From Deltaproteobacteria bacterium (GTDB lineage Bacteria; Desulfobacterota_D; UBA1144; Nemesobacterales; UBA2774), in the NCBI GenBank assembly GCA_029262275.1, contig JAJCZS010000033.1:2350-66349 (forward strand): 64,000 nt of DNA, given 5' to 3'. Positions within the stretch are counted from its first letter, which is position 1; the number at the start of each line of letters is the position of its first letter. Below are positions 30,068-40,117 of the stretch, piece after piece. The notes below the pieces were generated by a model. The model was not told where the DNA came from, made no database searches, and worked only from the letters and a program-made list of their open reading frames with translations. The translations under genes were made by a program, and so were the position numbers.

Positions 30068-30769
30068 ATGAACTCAAATAATCAAGATCTTAAATCTAAG
30101 TATCTCCCTGATTTTGTATATGGAGGGATTGACGGCTCAGTTACTACTTTTGCGATTGTAGCTGGAGTCACCGGAGCATCACTATCCCCAACTATAGTAT
30201 TGATTCTGGGATTTGCCAACTTATTTGCTGACGGCTTTTCAATGGCCGTGAGCAACTATCTAAGCACAAAATCTAAAAAAGAGTTTGCTGACAAGATAAG
30301 AAAATCAGAAGAGGATTCGATTAAAAATGTTCCAGAAGAAGAAATACAGGAAATAAGAGATATATTTGCAGAAAAAGGTTTTTCTGGTTCCCAGCTTGAC
30401 GACGCAGTTGAGATTATTACAAGTAATCAGGACGTATGGGTAGATACAATGATGAAGGACGAGTTTGGAATATTTGAAGACCATACCTCACCTTTTAAAA
30501 GTGCTGCTGTAACATTTGTTTCTTTTAATCTAATCGGATTCATCCCACTCCTTGCGTATGTTCTTTCCTATTTCTCAGAGTTCTTTAGAACCAACACCTT
30601 TACATTATCCATAATCCTGACATCTGTTGCATTTTTCATAGTAGGCTCAGTCAAAGGAAGAATAGTCGAGAAGAGATGGCTCATCTCAGGCTTTGAGACT
30701 CTGCTTATAGGGGGTGCAGCTGCCATTATTGCCTATGTTGTAGGGTATCTTTTAAGAGGGTTAGCGTAG
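30068..30769 (+). CDS. VIT1/CCC1-family iron/manganese transporter
   Basis: 233 aa. N-terminal GGIDGSVTTFAIVAGVTGA and central/C-terminal TM bundles are characteristic of the VIT family. Confidence 0.8.
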   Translation: MNSNNQDLKSKYLPDFVYGGIDGSVTTFAIVAGVTGASLSPTIVLILGFANLFADGFSMAVSNYLSTKSKKEFADKIRKSEEDSIKNVPEEEIQEIRDIFAEKGFSGSQLDDAVEIITSNQDVWVDTMMKDEFGIFEDHTSPFKSAAVTFVSFNLIGFIPLLAYVLSYFSEFFRTNTFTLSIILTSVAFFIVGSVKGRIVEKRWLISGFETLLIGGAAAIIAYVVGYLLRGLA

Positions 30770-30832
30770 TTTCTTGAGAATCTTATATTCTCAGCCAGAC
30801 TTCAGTTTTGATAAATTAAAGTTGAACAGTGG

Positions 30833-32083
30833 TCATCCAAAAATCTTTTTAACTTTCTTAAGCGTTTCAACACAAAGATCAATTTCTTCTTTATTGTTAT
30901 ATAGATAAAAGCTTATGCGCGCAGTGTAGTCCATTGAAAGCTCGCTCATGAGAGGCTGTGCACAGTGGTGACCTGATCTAACGGCTATCCCCTCTTCATC
31001 CAGCATGCCTGCAACGTCGTGTGGATGAACTCCTTCAACGTTAAAAGATATCACCCCTACACTTTCTGTGGTGCTCTTATGACCATAAATCTTAATCCAG
31101 TCATAGGCTGACATCTTCTCTAACGCATAACTTAGAAGATCTTCTTCGTGATCTAGTATATTTTGAAGACCTATACCATCTAGATAATCCACGGCAGCTC
31201 CAAGACCTATACCGCCTGCAATGTTAGGTGTTCCTGCTTCAAATTTCCAGGGAAGCTCGTTCCATGTGCTCTTCTCAAACGTAACCTTCTCTATCATATC
31301 CCCACCGTACATAAACGGCTCCATGTCCTCTAGTAGACTCTCACGTCCGTATATAAATCCTATTCCCGTAGGACCTAACATCTTGTGCCCGGAGGCTACT
31401 AAGAAATCACACCCTATCTCGCTTACATCAATAGGTAAATGCGGTATTGACTGGGCCGCATCTATTAAAACCAGAGCGCCCACTTCTTTAGCCTGCCTTG
31501 TGATCTCCTTTACAGGATTCACAGTGCCTAAAACATTAGATGCATGGATTATGCTAACAAGCTTGGTTCTCTCTGTCAGCAGATCTGGGAGTTCATCTAA
31601 TTTTAAATCACCCCTATCATCAACGCCTAGAACATTAATTTTAATTCCCTTTAAATCACGGAGCATCTGCCAGGGAACGATGTTTGAATGGTGTTCCATA
31701 ATTGTTATTAGAACTTCATCCCCTTCTTCTAGTCTGTGAAGTCCCCATCCATAAGCTAGAAGATTAAGAGACTCTGTAGCATTTCTAGTGAATATGATCT
31801 CGTTCCATTTATCCGCACCTATGAAATCCGCCACTTTCTTATGAGCATCTTCATACATAACAGTGGATTCATAACTTAGGGTATGGACCCCTCTATGGAT
31901 ATTAGAGTTATGGTTTCGGTAATAATTATCAATACAATCTATTACGCTTTGGGGTTTTTGTGTTGTGGCTGCGTTGTCTAAATAGATTAAAGGTTTACCA
32001 TGTACCTTTCTCTCGAATACGGGAAAATCTTTCTTTAGGAGATTAGGATCTATAGATCCGGCTCTTTGTATTAGTTTTTCCAT
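30833..32083 (-). CDS. sufS: Cysteine desulfurase, SufS-type (class V aminotransferase)
   Basis: 416 aa. PLP-lysine context (SGHKMLGPTGIG) and the SufS active-site Cys loop region (RSGHHCAQPLM). Confidence 0.88.
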   Translation of the reverse strand: MEKLIQRAGSIDPNLLKKDFPVFERKVHGKPLIYLDNAATTQKPQSVIDCIDNYYRNHNSNIHRGVHTLSYESTVMYEDAHKKVADFIGADKWNEIIFTRNATESLNLLAYGWGLHRLEEGDEVLITIMEHHSNIVPWQMLRDLKGIKINVLGVDDRGDLKLDELPDLLTERTKLVSIIHASNVLGTVNPVKEITRQAKEVGALVLIDAAQSIPHLPIDVSEIGCDFLVASGHKMLGPTGIGFIYGRESLLEDMEPFMYGGDMIEKVTFEKSTWNELPWKFEAGTPNIAGGIGLGAAVDYLDGIGLQNILDHEEDLLSYALEKMSAYDWIKIYGHKSTTESVGVISFNVEGVHPHDVAGMLDEEGIAVRSGHHCAQPLMSELSMDYTARISFYLYNNKEEIDLCVETLKKVKKIFG

Positions 32084-32121
32084 AATTGTGTGATTTAAGA
32101 ATCAAAACTTACGATCTCGGT

Positions 32122-32511
32122 TTATTGGTTGGAACTCTTTCCTGTAAGAGCTTTCTTTAAAACAGTAAGCCCAAGTAGTGCGCATTTAAATCTTATAGGA
32201 GATACCTGGCCACCAAGCGCTTCTAACATATCTTTATCCGTATAGGATACAATTTCTTCTACCTCTTTGCCGGTAACATTTTCAGTCAGGATAGAAACAG
32301 ATGCCTGGCTAATTGCACACCCAGTTCCTGAGAACTTTATGTCGTCAAGCTTGTTATTCCTAATTTTCAAATCAAGCCTAATAACATCTCCGCACGATGG
32401 AATACCCTCTTCGTAAGAAAAATCGGCGTCTTCAATGGTGCCAAAATTCCTTGGATTCTTATAGTGATCTAATATGTATTCTAAATTGTCACTTTGCATA
32501 ATATTATCCAA
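32122..32511 (-). CDS. sufU: SUF-system FeS scaffold/sulfur-transfer protein SufU (IscU-like)
   Basis: 129 aa with the three conserved Cys motifs (PSCGD..., GTGCAISQAS, RFKCALLG) of NifU-N/SufU. Confidence 0.8.
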   Translation of the reverse strand: MDNIMQSDNLEYILDHYKNPRNFGTIEDADFSYEEGIPSCGDVIRLDLKIRNNKLDDIKFSGTGCAISQASVSILTENVTGKEVEEIVSYTDKDMLEALGGQVSPIRFKCALLGLTVLKKALTGKSSNQ

Positions 32512-32588
32512 ACTTTAATTAAATTATCTTAGTTAGTATACCAGTTAATACAGGTTCTTCACTTATAGGAGGTATTTAGGATTAAGGT

Positions 32589-33185
32589 CTATTCCTCAGA
32601 ATGGACAACGCTCATAGTGCAGTCGTGTTCTCTTAAGACCTTGTTGACCCTTTCCAAATCACAATCGACTACCCAGAAATAGCTGATCTGGCGATTCATG
32701 GGTGATGAGCTATAAGAGATAACCTTCTCTGAATTGTTCTGTATTAAGTGTAGAGCATCAAAGTGACTAAGGTTATCAGAAAGATTTACCTCTAACTTTA
32801 TCGGCTTATCATTAAAACTAAATGTAGTGCGTAGAGCGTCTAAAATGTCTGTTATGGTTATAATGCCCAGAAGTTCGTTCTTCTCTGATACTACAGGTAG
32901 AGCATTGAAATCCTTAATCCTGATTATGTCGGAGGCACTCTGTATAGGAGCATCTTCCATTATTGTAACTGGATCAGAAACCATAACGTCGCCTACCTTA
33001 ATATCTTGATTATCTAAAAGTGCGTTTGTTAAATCACTTTGAGTAACTATTCCTACTAATTTACTTTCTTGTACAACAGGACATTGTCTATAATTTAAGG
33101 TCTTCATCTTCTCAGCAATATCTTTAGCACTTTCATCAGGCGTTACTGTTCTTGGGTTAAGTGTCATATAATCTTTGACTAACAT
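32589..33185 (-). CDS. CBS-domain pair protein
   Basis: 198 aa. Two CBS-like modules (PVV..GIVT..DL and LPVV...LLGIITITDIL). Confidence 0.7.
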   Translation of the reverse strand: MLVKDYMTLNPRTVTPDESAKDIAEKMKTLNYRQCPVVQESKLVGIVTQSDLTNALLDNQDIKVGDVMVSDPVTIMEDAPIQSASDIIRIKDFNALPVVSEKNELLGIITITDILDALRTTFSFNDKPIKLEVNLSDNLSHFDALHLIQNNSEKVISYSSSPMNRQISYFWVVDCDLERVNKVLREHDCTMSVVHSEE

Positions 33186-33331
33186 TACGAGAGACCCCCC
33201 TATCTAAGAATTAATATATAGTACTATATCTGAACTAATTTTGATAATAATACCATGTATGAAGCACACTCCAACAATCGCCGCAAAGCTTGACAATCAT
33301 ATCCGGCTTCGGTTTTCTTCTAAATTAGGTT

Positions 33332-34864
33332 ATGAGCAAAAAAGGAACCGTATATCTTATAGGGGCAGGACCTGGGGACATGGGACTCTTGACTATCAAA
33401 GGAAGAGAGCTTCTTCGTGTAGCTGATGTCATAGTTTATGACTACCTTGTAAATGACCGCCTGCTTGAATATGCAAAAGACAATGCTGAAATAATTTATG
33501 TTGGCAAAAAAGCAGGTCAAAAAGAAATGTCTCAGAAAGCTATAAATGCTCTCTTAGTATCAAAAGCTAAAAAGGGCAGCACTGTTGCAAGGCTTAAAGG
33601 CGGAGACCCGTTTACATTTGGTAGAGGCGGTGAAGAAGCAGAAGCTCTAGAATTAAAGCAAATCCCTTTTGAAATAGTCCCTGGAGTAAGCTCTGTCTCA
33701 GCAGTTCCAGCATATGCGGGCATATCTCTTACTCATAGAGATTTCACCTCTTCATTTGCTGTTGTAACTGGTCATGAAGATCCATCAAAAGAAAAATCCA
33801 ACATGCCCTGGGAAGCACTCTCTCAAATAGGAACGGTCGTTTTCCTAATGGGCGTTAAAAATTTAAAACAAAACATGTCAAGGCTTATTAGTGCAGGCAA
33901 GGACCCAAATACCCCGGCGGCCGTGATTACCTGGGGGACTCATCCTTCTCAGAGCACATTGACAGGTACGGTCTCTAACATCTCAGATTTAGCATTGAGG
34001 AGAAAAGATATCTCCTCTCCCGGGGTTGTTGTGGTTGGAGAGGTTGTTAAATTGAGAAAGATTTTAGACTGGTATGAATCAAAACCGCTTTTTGGTAAGA
34101 CGGTTATTGTAACAAGACCTAAAGAGCAGTCACATGAATTCATAAGACTTCTTGAAGATAGGGGAGCTAGTGTTATCCCTTTCCCAACAATAGAAATAGT
34201 CCCTCCAAGAAGCTACAAAGCACTCGATAGAGCAATAAATAACTTAGAGCACTATGACTGGATTGTTTTTACAAGCGTTAACGGAGTTAAGTCCTTTTTT
34301 GATAGACTAAAAGTCCTAAACAAGGATATTAGGGAGCTTCATAGGGCGAAAATTGCTGCAATAGGTGAGATAACAGCTAATGAGATCTTAGATAAGGGCA
34401 TAAAAGTAGATATTGTCCCCGATGAGTTTAAAGCAGAAGGTCTTATCAAAATGTTTAAAAAAGATGGTATTAAGAACAATAAGGTGCTTATACCAAGAGC
34501 TAGAGTTGCTAGAGATGTATTGCCAGAGAGTTTAAAAAAACTTGGAGCCGAAGTAGATGTGGTTACATCATACATAACAAAGAAACCTACTAAAAGTAAA
34601 ACAAATCATATTTGCAAGCTACTAGATGAGAACAAAGTAGATTTGATAACATTTACCAGCTCATCTACGGCAAGAAACTTCTTTGAACTGATACCTGATT
34701 TCAAACAAAATAAAAACAAACCTGTAATTGCTAGCATAGGGCCAATTACAGCTCAAACCATAAGGGAATTTGGCCACAGCGCACAAATTATCCCAAAGCA
34801 ATACACTGTTTTGCATTTGACAGAAGAAGTAGCTAATTATTACGCTAAAAAGAACTTAAAGTAA
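33332..34864 (+). CDS. Uroporphyrinogen-III C-methyltransferase / uroporphyrinogen-III synthase fusion (CobA-HemD)
   Basis: N-terminal SUMT motifs (VYLIGAGPGDMGLLT, VVYD.LV, GGDPF.FGRG). The C-terminal ~250 aa resemble HemD (two alpha/beta half-domains). 510 aa. Confidence 0.85.
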   Translation: MSKKGTVYLIGAGPGDMGLLTIKGRELLRVADVIVYDYLVNDRLLEYAKDNAEIIYVGKKAGQKEMSQKAINALLVSKAKKGSTVARLKGGDPFTFGRGGEEAEALELKQIPFEIVPGVSSVSAVPAYAGISLTHRDFTSSFAVVTGHEDPSKEKSNMPWEALSQIGTVVFLMGVKNLKQNMSRLISAGKDPNTPAAVITWGTHPSQSTLTGTVSNISDLALRRKDISSPGVVVVGEVVKLRKILDWYESKPLFGKTVIVTRPKEQSHEFIRLLEDRGASVIPFPTIEIVPPRSYKALDRAINNLEHYDWIVFTSVNGVKSFFDRLKVLNKDIRELHRAKIAAIGEITANEILDKGIKVDIVPDEFKAEGLIKMFKKDGIKNNKVLIPRARVARDVLPESLKKLGAEVDVVTSYITKKPTKSKTNHICKLLDENKVDLITFTSSSTARNFFELIPDFKQNKNKPVIASIGPITAQTIREFGHSAQIIPKQYTVLHLTEEVANYYAKKNLK

Positions 34865-34925
34865 AACTAATATATGCAATAATAAAAGCTTATAGCATAA
34901 TACAATTAAGGTAGAAACTAACTAG

Positions 34926-35648
34926 ATGCCTAGATTCCCAATATCCACAGACCAAATTAATAGTAACGAAGCCATAGTTAGAGGTAATGACTATAAACAC
35001 ATAGTAAAGGTCCTGCGTCTAAAGCCAGGGGATGACATCACCCTTTTTGATACTGATTCAATGGAATATTATGGGAAAATAAGTGAGATCAACAAAAAAG
35101 AAATCGTTATTGAAATAACTGAGTCTAAGATAGTAAATACAGAGTCTCCAATTGAAATAACACTTCTTCAAGGACTACCTAAAGCGGACAAGATGGACTA
35201 TATAATAGAGAAAGCAACTGAGCTTGGGGTGCATAGAATAGTACCTGTCATAACTGAGAGGTCTCAGATAAGAGATAGAGACCGTAAGAAAAGATGGGAC
35301 AGGATTGCTCTTGAGGCCTCAAAACAGTGTGGTAGGACAAAACCAGCTATCATAGAAAATACTTTAGACTTTAATGATGCAATTAAACTATACAATACAA
35401 GCGAATTAGCCATAATACTTCAAGTAAATAGTGAAGTATCAGCGAAGAACTATATTAAAAACTCTTTACAAGCCCCTTCAAATATTGTATTATTTGTAGG
35501 TCCGGAAGGTGGGTTTACGGACAATGAAGTCCTTCTTGGTAAAGAAATGGGTTTCATCTCTCTGGGTCTGGGTCCCAGGGTATTAAGAACAGAGACAGCT
35601 AGTCTCTCGGTTCTTTCAGTTCTTCAATTTCACTACGGAGATTTGTGA
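34926..35648 (+). CDS. rsmE: 16S rRNA (uracil1498-N3)-methyltransferase
   Basis: 240 aa. N-terminal PUA-like domain followed by a SPOUT domain with the C-terminal motif VGPEGGFT..E. Confidence 0.8.
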   Translation: MPRFPISTDQINSNEAIVRGNDYKHIVKVLRLKPGDDITLFDTDSMEYYGKISEINKKEIVIEITESKIVNTESPIEITLLQGLPKADKMDYIIEKATELGVHRIVPVITERSQIRDRDRKKRWDRIALEASKQCGRTKPAIIENTLDFNDAIKLYNTSELAIILQVNSEVSAKNYIKNSLQAPSNIVLFVGPEGGFTDNEVLLGKEMGFISLGLGPRVLRTETASLSVLSVLQFHYGDL

Positions 35649-35658
35649 TTAACACCTA

Positions 35659-37110
35659 TCACAGTCTCCGTATAAGCTTTTTAAGCTCTTCCATCTTATT
35701 TTCTCTAATATCACGGTATGTTTTTTCATCTACCTGACCACTCTCGAAACTATCATCAAGCTGAGCTATTTCCTGAAGAAGTGCCGTTCTTTGATCTACA
35801 CCATCTCCCCTCTTATTCTGCTCACTAGTCCCTAGATTAGACTTTTCTTTTACAAAAGTAGAATAAATAAAACCGATTACTAGTATTAGCAATAAAAATC
35901 CTAAAGCGCCCCATTTTAAATAATCATTTTTCATGAACTGCCCTTCGAATCTAATCTTAATCTGATGTCCAGGATTTAAATCTGTGCCGGTCCATTTAAG
36001 AAAGCTCTCTCCCTGGACCACAACTGGCTCTACGGAGGTAAGTCCTGAAACTTTAGCAGTTTTTCCTGTGTCTGATACCAAAAGCAGGAAATTCTCAGTG
36101 GGGTAGTCTATAGTTTTATCAAACTTTGTTGTCCCCGAATCTAATGCGATGTTGTATGTATAAACTACTCTTTTTTCTCCAGGTAGTATGCTTGTGGTAT
36201 CTGCAAAACCATATTCGGTCTGCACTATATCCTCAGGTTTAGCTCCATGAACAAAATTAAGATCCAGAGCGCCTTTTGGTACGCTGAACTTGAGTGATTT
36301 CTTTCTGCCATCTTCAGTTTCTTTTCCGCCCACATATACCTTATCGCCCTTATTGCTGTATAGACTAAGATCTGCAATAGATAGGGCCCCTTCTGAAGCC
36401 TGGACTATCATATGGGATTCTATAACAGCTAGATCATCATCTTCAAATGTGGGCTCATATATAGGGAGAGTTAGTACTTTAGTATCTTCATCAGGGTTAA
36501 AAACCATTTTGTCTGTTGAATACTGAGTTCCTTTGAAATTCACGGTAAGACCATAGCTCCTGTCCCAACCTAAATTCTCAAATGAGAAATTTCCCTGTTC
36601 ATCAGACTCTATAGTCTTATCATCAGTAGGCCTCTCACCCATATAAGATGTAAGAGTAAGCTCAACTCCTGGCGCGGGTCCATCACTTGTTTCATTAAGT
36701 ACTTGTCCCGAGATACTACCCTTTGCAGCAGGATTCTCTGAAACATTAAAAGAGAGAATATAATCTGCTATAGCTTCTGCCTGAGCTGGGGGGACGTTCA
36801 TAGGAGGCATTGGAGGATAGCCTTCGTTATAAGGCATTTTACCGCTCTCCTGATAAATTTGCTGTGGATTCTCTATCCATTTAATAATTTTGTCTTTGGA
36901 ATATTTCTCACTAACAGCAGACAAATCCGGCCCTACAAATCTACCTCTGCCAATTGTATGACACCTAACACAGCGGCTCTGTATAAAGAGTTCTTGGCCG
37001 GATAGGTTTGCCATCGATGGGGGGTGATCTTGAGCATAGGAAACTATGGGCTCTATACCTAGTATGGCTATAATAAATACAAAGACTATGTTGCATATTG
37101 GTGATTTCAT
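35659..37110 (-). CDS. Membrane-anchored c-type cytochrome with carboxypeptidase-regulatory-like domain
   Basis: 483 aa. Signal peptide and a single heme-binding CVRCH motif in an N-terminal class-I-like domain. A CarbopepD_reg-like beta-sandwich follows (GSISGQV...TTDDKTIESDEQGNFSF), then a TM helix and a C-terminal coiled coil. Its start overlaps the upstream gene's stop by 4 bp. Confidence 0.65.
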   Translation of the reverse strand: MKSPICNIVFVFIIAILGIEPIVSYAQDHPPSMANLSGQELFIQSRCVRCHTIGRGRFVGPDLSAVSEKYSKDKIIKWIENPQQIYQESGKMPYNEGYPPMPPMNVPPAQAEAIADYILSFNVSENPAAKGSISGQVLNETSDGPAPGVELTLTSYMGERPTDDKTIESDEQGNFSFENLGWDRSYGLTVNFKGTQYSTDKMVFNPDEDTKVLTLPIYEPTFEDDDLAVIESHMIVQASEGALSIADLSLYSNKGDKVYVGGKETEDGRKKSLKFSVPKGALDLNFVHGAKPEDIVQTEYGFADTTSILPGEKRVVYTYNIALDSGTTKFDKTIDYPTENFLLLVSDTGKTAKVSGLTSVEPVVVQGESFLKWTGTDLNPGHQIKIRFEGQFMKNDYLKWGALGFLLLILVIGFIYSTFVKEKSNLGTSEQNKRGDGVDQRTALLQEIAQLDDSFESGQVDEKTYRDIRENKMEELKKLIRRL

Positions 37111-37640
37111 TTATTCAATTCCGCTCCGCATTTTGAACAAAACATATCTTCTGCATTACATTCAGCGCCACACTTAGAGCATTTATCGCTAGTTAGACTT
37201 GCTTGATTTGCACTTCTAAATGCAGAAATTTCTTCTTCCAATAAGACATCATCACTTTTAGAGGAAGTGCTAATTTTTCTATAGGATGATATCTCCTGCT
37301 CTAGTTTCTGATCCGGAGTTAAACTCCCGCTTTGTTCTTCAAGTTTTTGATATTCATCAATTTCTTTTAGAACGGATGCCGCCTCATCTCTGTACTTATT
37401 ATTTAGTTCTTCGTAATCATCTTTTGAGAGCTTTCCTAGACCATAGTCAAAATCTATGTCTCTTATTGCAGAATATAGAGTTTCCTTTTGGTTGTTTAGG
37501 CTGGTCAGTCTATCAACCTCATTTATACTCCGAAGACTTTCCACAGTTTTGTTTATATAGTCCTTCTTCCTTAGAAAAAAAGGCAGCGCTATGTATAGAG
37601 CTACCAATGCTGTGATGATTAGAATTACTATAGTATCCAA
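37107..37640 (-). CDS. Membrane protein with C-terminal zinc-ribbon (hypothetical)
   Basis: 177 aa. N-terminal TM helix, central charged/coiled region, C-terminal CSKCGAEC...CSKCGAEL double CxxC. No CcmH LRCxxC motif. Confidence 0.5.
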   Translation of the reverse strand: MDTIVILIITALVALYIALPFFLRKKDYINKTVESLRSINEVDRLTSLNNQKETLYSAIRDIDFDYGLGKLSKDDYEELNNKYRDEAASVLKEIDEYQKLEEQSGSLTPDQKLEQEISSYRKISTSSKSDDVLLEEEISAFRSANQASLTSDKCSKCGAECNAEDMFCSKCGAELNK

Positions 37641-37674
37641 ATTGATTCCTTGAACCCTCTAGAATAAAAAATTA

Positions 37675-39681
37675 TTATGCGTTTAAAGTCGCATCTTGTT
37701 CCCTTACAGTGTATCTAACAAATGCTTGCTCTGATCTTTTTTTACCGCTAGGCCACATAGTAACGATTGCTCCTAGGAGAAGGACAATTCCTCCAGCCCA
37801 GATCCAATTCACAAGCGGATTTATCATAGCTCTTATGGTGACTGTCCCATCAGGATTAAAACCGCTTAGTATTATGTAGAGATCGTCTTTGAATGTAGAG
37901 CGTAGAGCAACCTCAGTTTCTTGATTAATTTCACGGTTACCTTCATATTTGTATATGTTTTTCTCTGGAGCTATTGTGTCTACCTCTTTACCACCTTCAA
38001 AGAGTGTAAGGTGGGCGATTGTTGCGTTTTTTGCATCTGTTGTATATTGCTCAATCCCATCAAATCTAAGACTATAATTCCTGAGTTCCATTGACTCGCC
38101 TTTGTTTAATGTAGCCTGCTTTTCTGTTACAAACACAGATGAGGCCGTAACACCAATGACAATTAGAACCACTCCTATGTGTACGATATAGCCGCCGTAG
38201 CGCCTCTTATTTCTAGATACCAACCTTAGGAATGCCGATAAAAAATTCTCCCCTCTTTTCATTCTAACTCTTGTGCCTCTAAAAAATTCTGTGAACACTG
38301 TGCCAGTTACAAAGGCGCAAAGGGCAAAAGAAATTAGAGCAACCACATCTCTCATTCCAAGGGCCAACAGGATAATTACAGTAAGTATTCCAAGCAGTAC
38401 TGGGGAGAGAAAATTTCTTGCTAAATTCTTAAGTGATGCTTTTCTCCAGGAAATCAAAGGCCCCACGCCCATCAACAATATTAGTACAAGTGCTATTGGA
38501 ACATTGACTCTGTTGAAGTAAGGAGGGCCTACAAGAATTTTATCTCCAGTCAGCGCCTCCGATAATATTGGGAATATGGTTCCTAGAAAAACTGCAAATG
38601 CTGCTCCCAAGAAAAGAAGGTTATTAAAAATAAATGCACTCTCTCTTGAGAGGATTGAATCAAATCTGTTCTCAGTCTCTAGATCTTTCATTCTGTAGAG
38701 AAACATTGCAAAAGAGAAAAGAAGTATGAAAGCAATAAAAGCTAGAAACAGCGGACCTATATCAGATTGGGCAAAAGAGTGAACAGAAGAGATAATTCCA
38801 CTTCTTGTAATAAAGGTGCCAAAGATGGAGAGAAAGAAAGTGATAATAATTAAAGACATATTCCATTTCTTAAGCATTCCCTTTTTCTCTTGAATCATAA
38901 CAGAATGGATAAAAGCGGTTGCTGCAAGCCAAGGCATAAAAGCAGCGTTCTCAACAGGGTCCCATGCCCAATAGCCACCCCAGCCTAGCTCAAGATAAGC
39001 CCACCGGGCCCCTAGAAGGAGTCCTACACTCAAGAAGGTCCAGGCAAATAATGCCCACTTTCTAGAATATCTAATCCACGCGTCCCCAAGCTTGCCCGAG
39101 AGGAGCGCCCCCATTCCAAAAGCAAAAGGCACTGTTACCCCTACGTAGCCGAAATAGAGCGTAATAGGATGTATTGCCATGTAGGCATTTTGCAATATGG
39201 GGTTAAGCCCCCTTCCCTCCAGTGGTGTAAACGGCAGCTTTTCAAATGGACTTTCCACAAAGGTAATAACGCCGATAAAAAAGATAGACACAGTTGCAAG
39301 AGTAGCAAGAACATAAGGCATCAATTCTCGGTCCCTATTTCTACTCTGCAGTACTACAATTGCGGTGTAAATAGAAAGCACTAAACACCACAATAAAAGA
39401 GAGCCCGCCTGCCCTGCCCAAAGCGATGTGAAGCGATATATAGTGGCAAGATCGGTGCTGGTGTTAAGTGCTACATATTTTAGGCTGAAATCAAGATTTA
39501 TAAGAGAGTGAACTAAAGCTATTGTTGCTATTAGTAAAAGGAAAAAAACTGCTATGGCCCCATTCTCAGCGCTCCTAACAAAATCCCACTTACGGGTTTT
39601 TACACCATAAACAGAGGCTGCCAGGACATAAATTGAAATTACAAAAGCTAAAAATATTGAAATACTTCCGGTTTCTACCAT
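37675..39681 (-). CDS. ccmF: Cytochrome c-type biogenesis protein CcmF (heme lyase subunit)
   Basis: 668 aa polytopic protein with a WWD-like Trp-rich periplasmic loop (WAYLELGWGGYWAWDPVEN) and conserved His residues. Sits adjacent to ccmE. Confidence 0.9.
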   Translation of the reverse strand: MVETGSISIFLAFVISIYVLAASVYGVKTRKWDFVRSAENGAIAVFFLLLIATIALVHSLINLDFSLKYVALNTSTDLATIYRFTSLWAGQAGSLLLWCLVLSIYTAIVVLQSRNRDRELMPYVLATLATVSIFFIGVITFVESPFEKLPFTPLEGRGLNPILQNAYMAIHPITLYFGYVGVTVPFAFGMGALLSGKLGDAWIRYSRKWALFAWTFLSVGLLLGARWAYLELGWGGYWAWDPVENAAFMPWLAATAFIHSVMIQEKKGMLKKWNMSLIIITFFLSIFGTFITRSGIISSVHSFAQSDIGPLFLAFIAFILLFSFAMFLYRMKDLETENRFDSILSRESAFIFNNLLFLGAAFAVFLGTIFPILSEALTGDKILVGPPYFNRVNVPIALVLILLMGVGPLISWRKASLKNLARNFLSPVLLGILTVIILLALGMRDVVALISFALCAFVTGTVFTEFFRGTRVRMKRGENFLSAFLRLVSRNKRRYGGYIVHIGVVLIVIGVTASSVFVTEKQATLNKGESMELRNYSLRFDGIEQYTTDAKNATIAHLTLFEGGKEVDTIAPEKNIYKYEGNREINQETEVALRSTFKDDLYIILSGFNPDGTVTIRAMINPLVNWIWAGGIVLLLGAIVTMWPSGKKRSEQAFVRYTVREQDATLNA

Positions 39682-40101
39682 TTAGTATGAAGTTTCCTTA
39701 TTCTCATAGAGGGAATCGGTCGACTCATATTTAGTTGGGCACTTAGCTAGCAGTGTGTCCGCTTCAAATACATCGTTTTTGGCATATACACCTTCTACAA
39801 CTGCCTCGACATCATCTGCAAAAATGTCAGGAATAATGCCCTCGTATTGTACATCTATTGTTTCTGCTCCATCTGTGATTTGAAATTCAAGCGAGCCTTT
39901 ATTGTCTTTTACAATAGTTCCAGGCACCACAGTTCCTGATACCCTAACCCTGCTGTCATATACAGTGGGAACCTGAGCTCTTAGCTCCTGAACAGTTAGA
40001 TAGTAGACCATCGTATCCTTTACCCCACCGTATACCAAATAGCCTACGGTAAGAGCTATTATTGCAATTGCTATAATAAATTTTAGTTTTCCTTTAAGCA
40101 T
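39682..40101 (-). CDS. ccmE: Cytochrome c-type biogenesis protein CcmE, Cys-variant (CxxxY)
   Basis: 139 aa. N-terminal TM anchor and an OB-fold domain. The heme-binding position reads LLAKCPTKY (C-x3-Y) instead of the canonical H-x3-Y. Confidence 0.85.
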   Translation of the reverse strand: MLKGKLKFIIAIAIIALTVGYLVYGGVKDTMVYYLTVQELRAQVPTVYDSRVRVSGTVVPGTIVKDNKGSLEFQITDGAETIDVQYEGIIPDIFADDVEAVVEGVYAKNDVFEADTLLAKCPTKYESTDSLYENKETSY

Positions 40102-40117
40102 TTATATTCCTCAAAAC

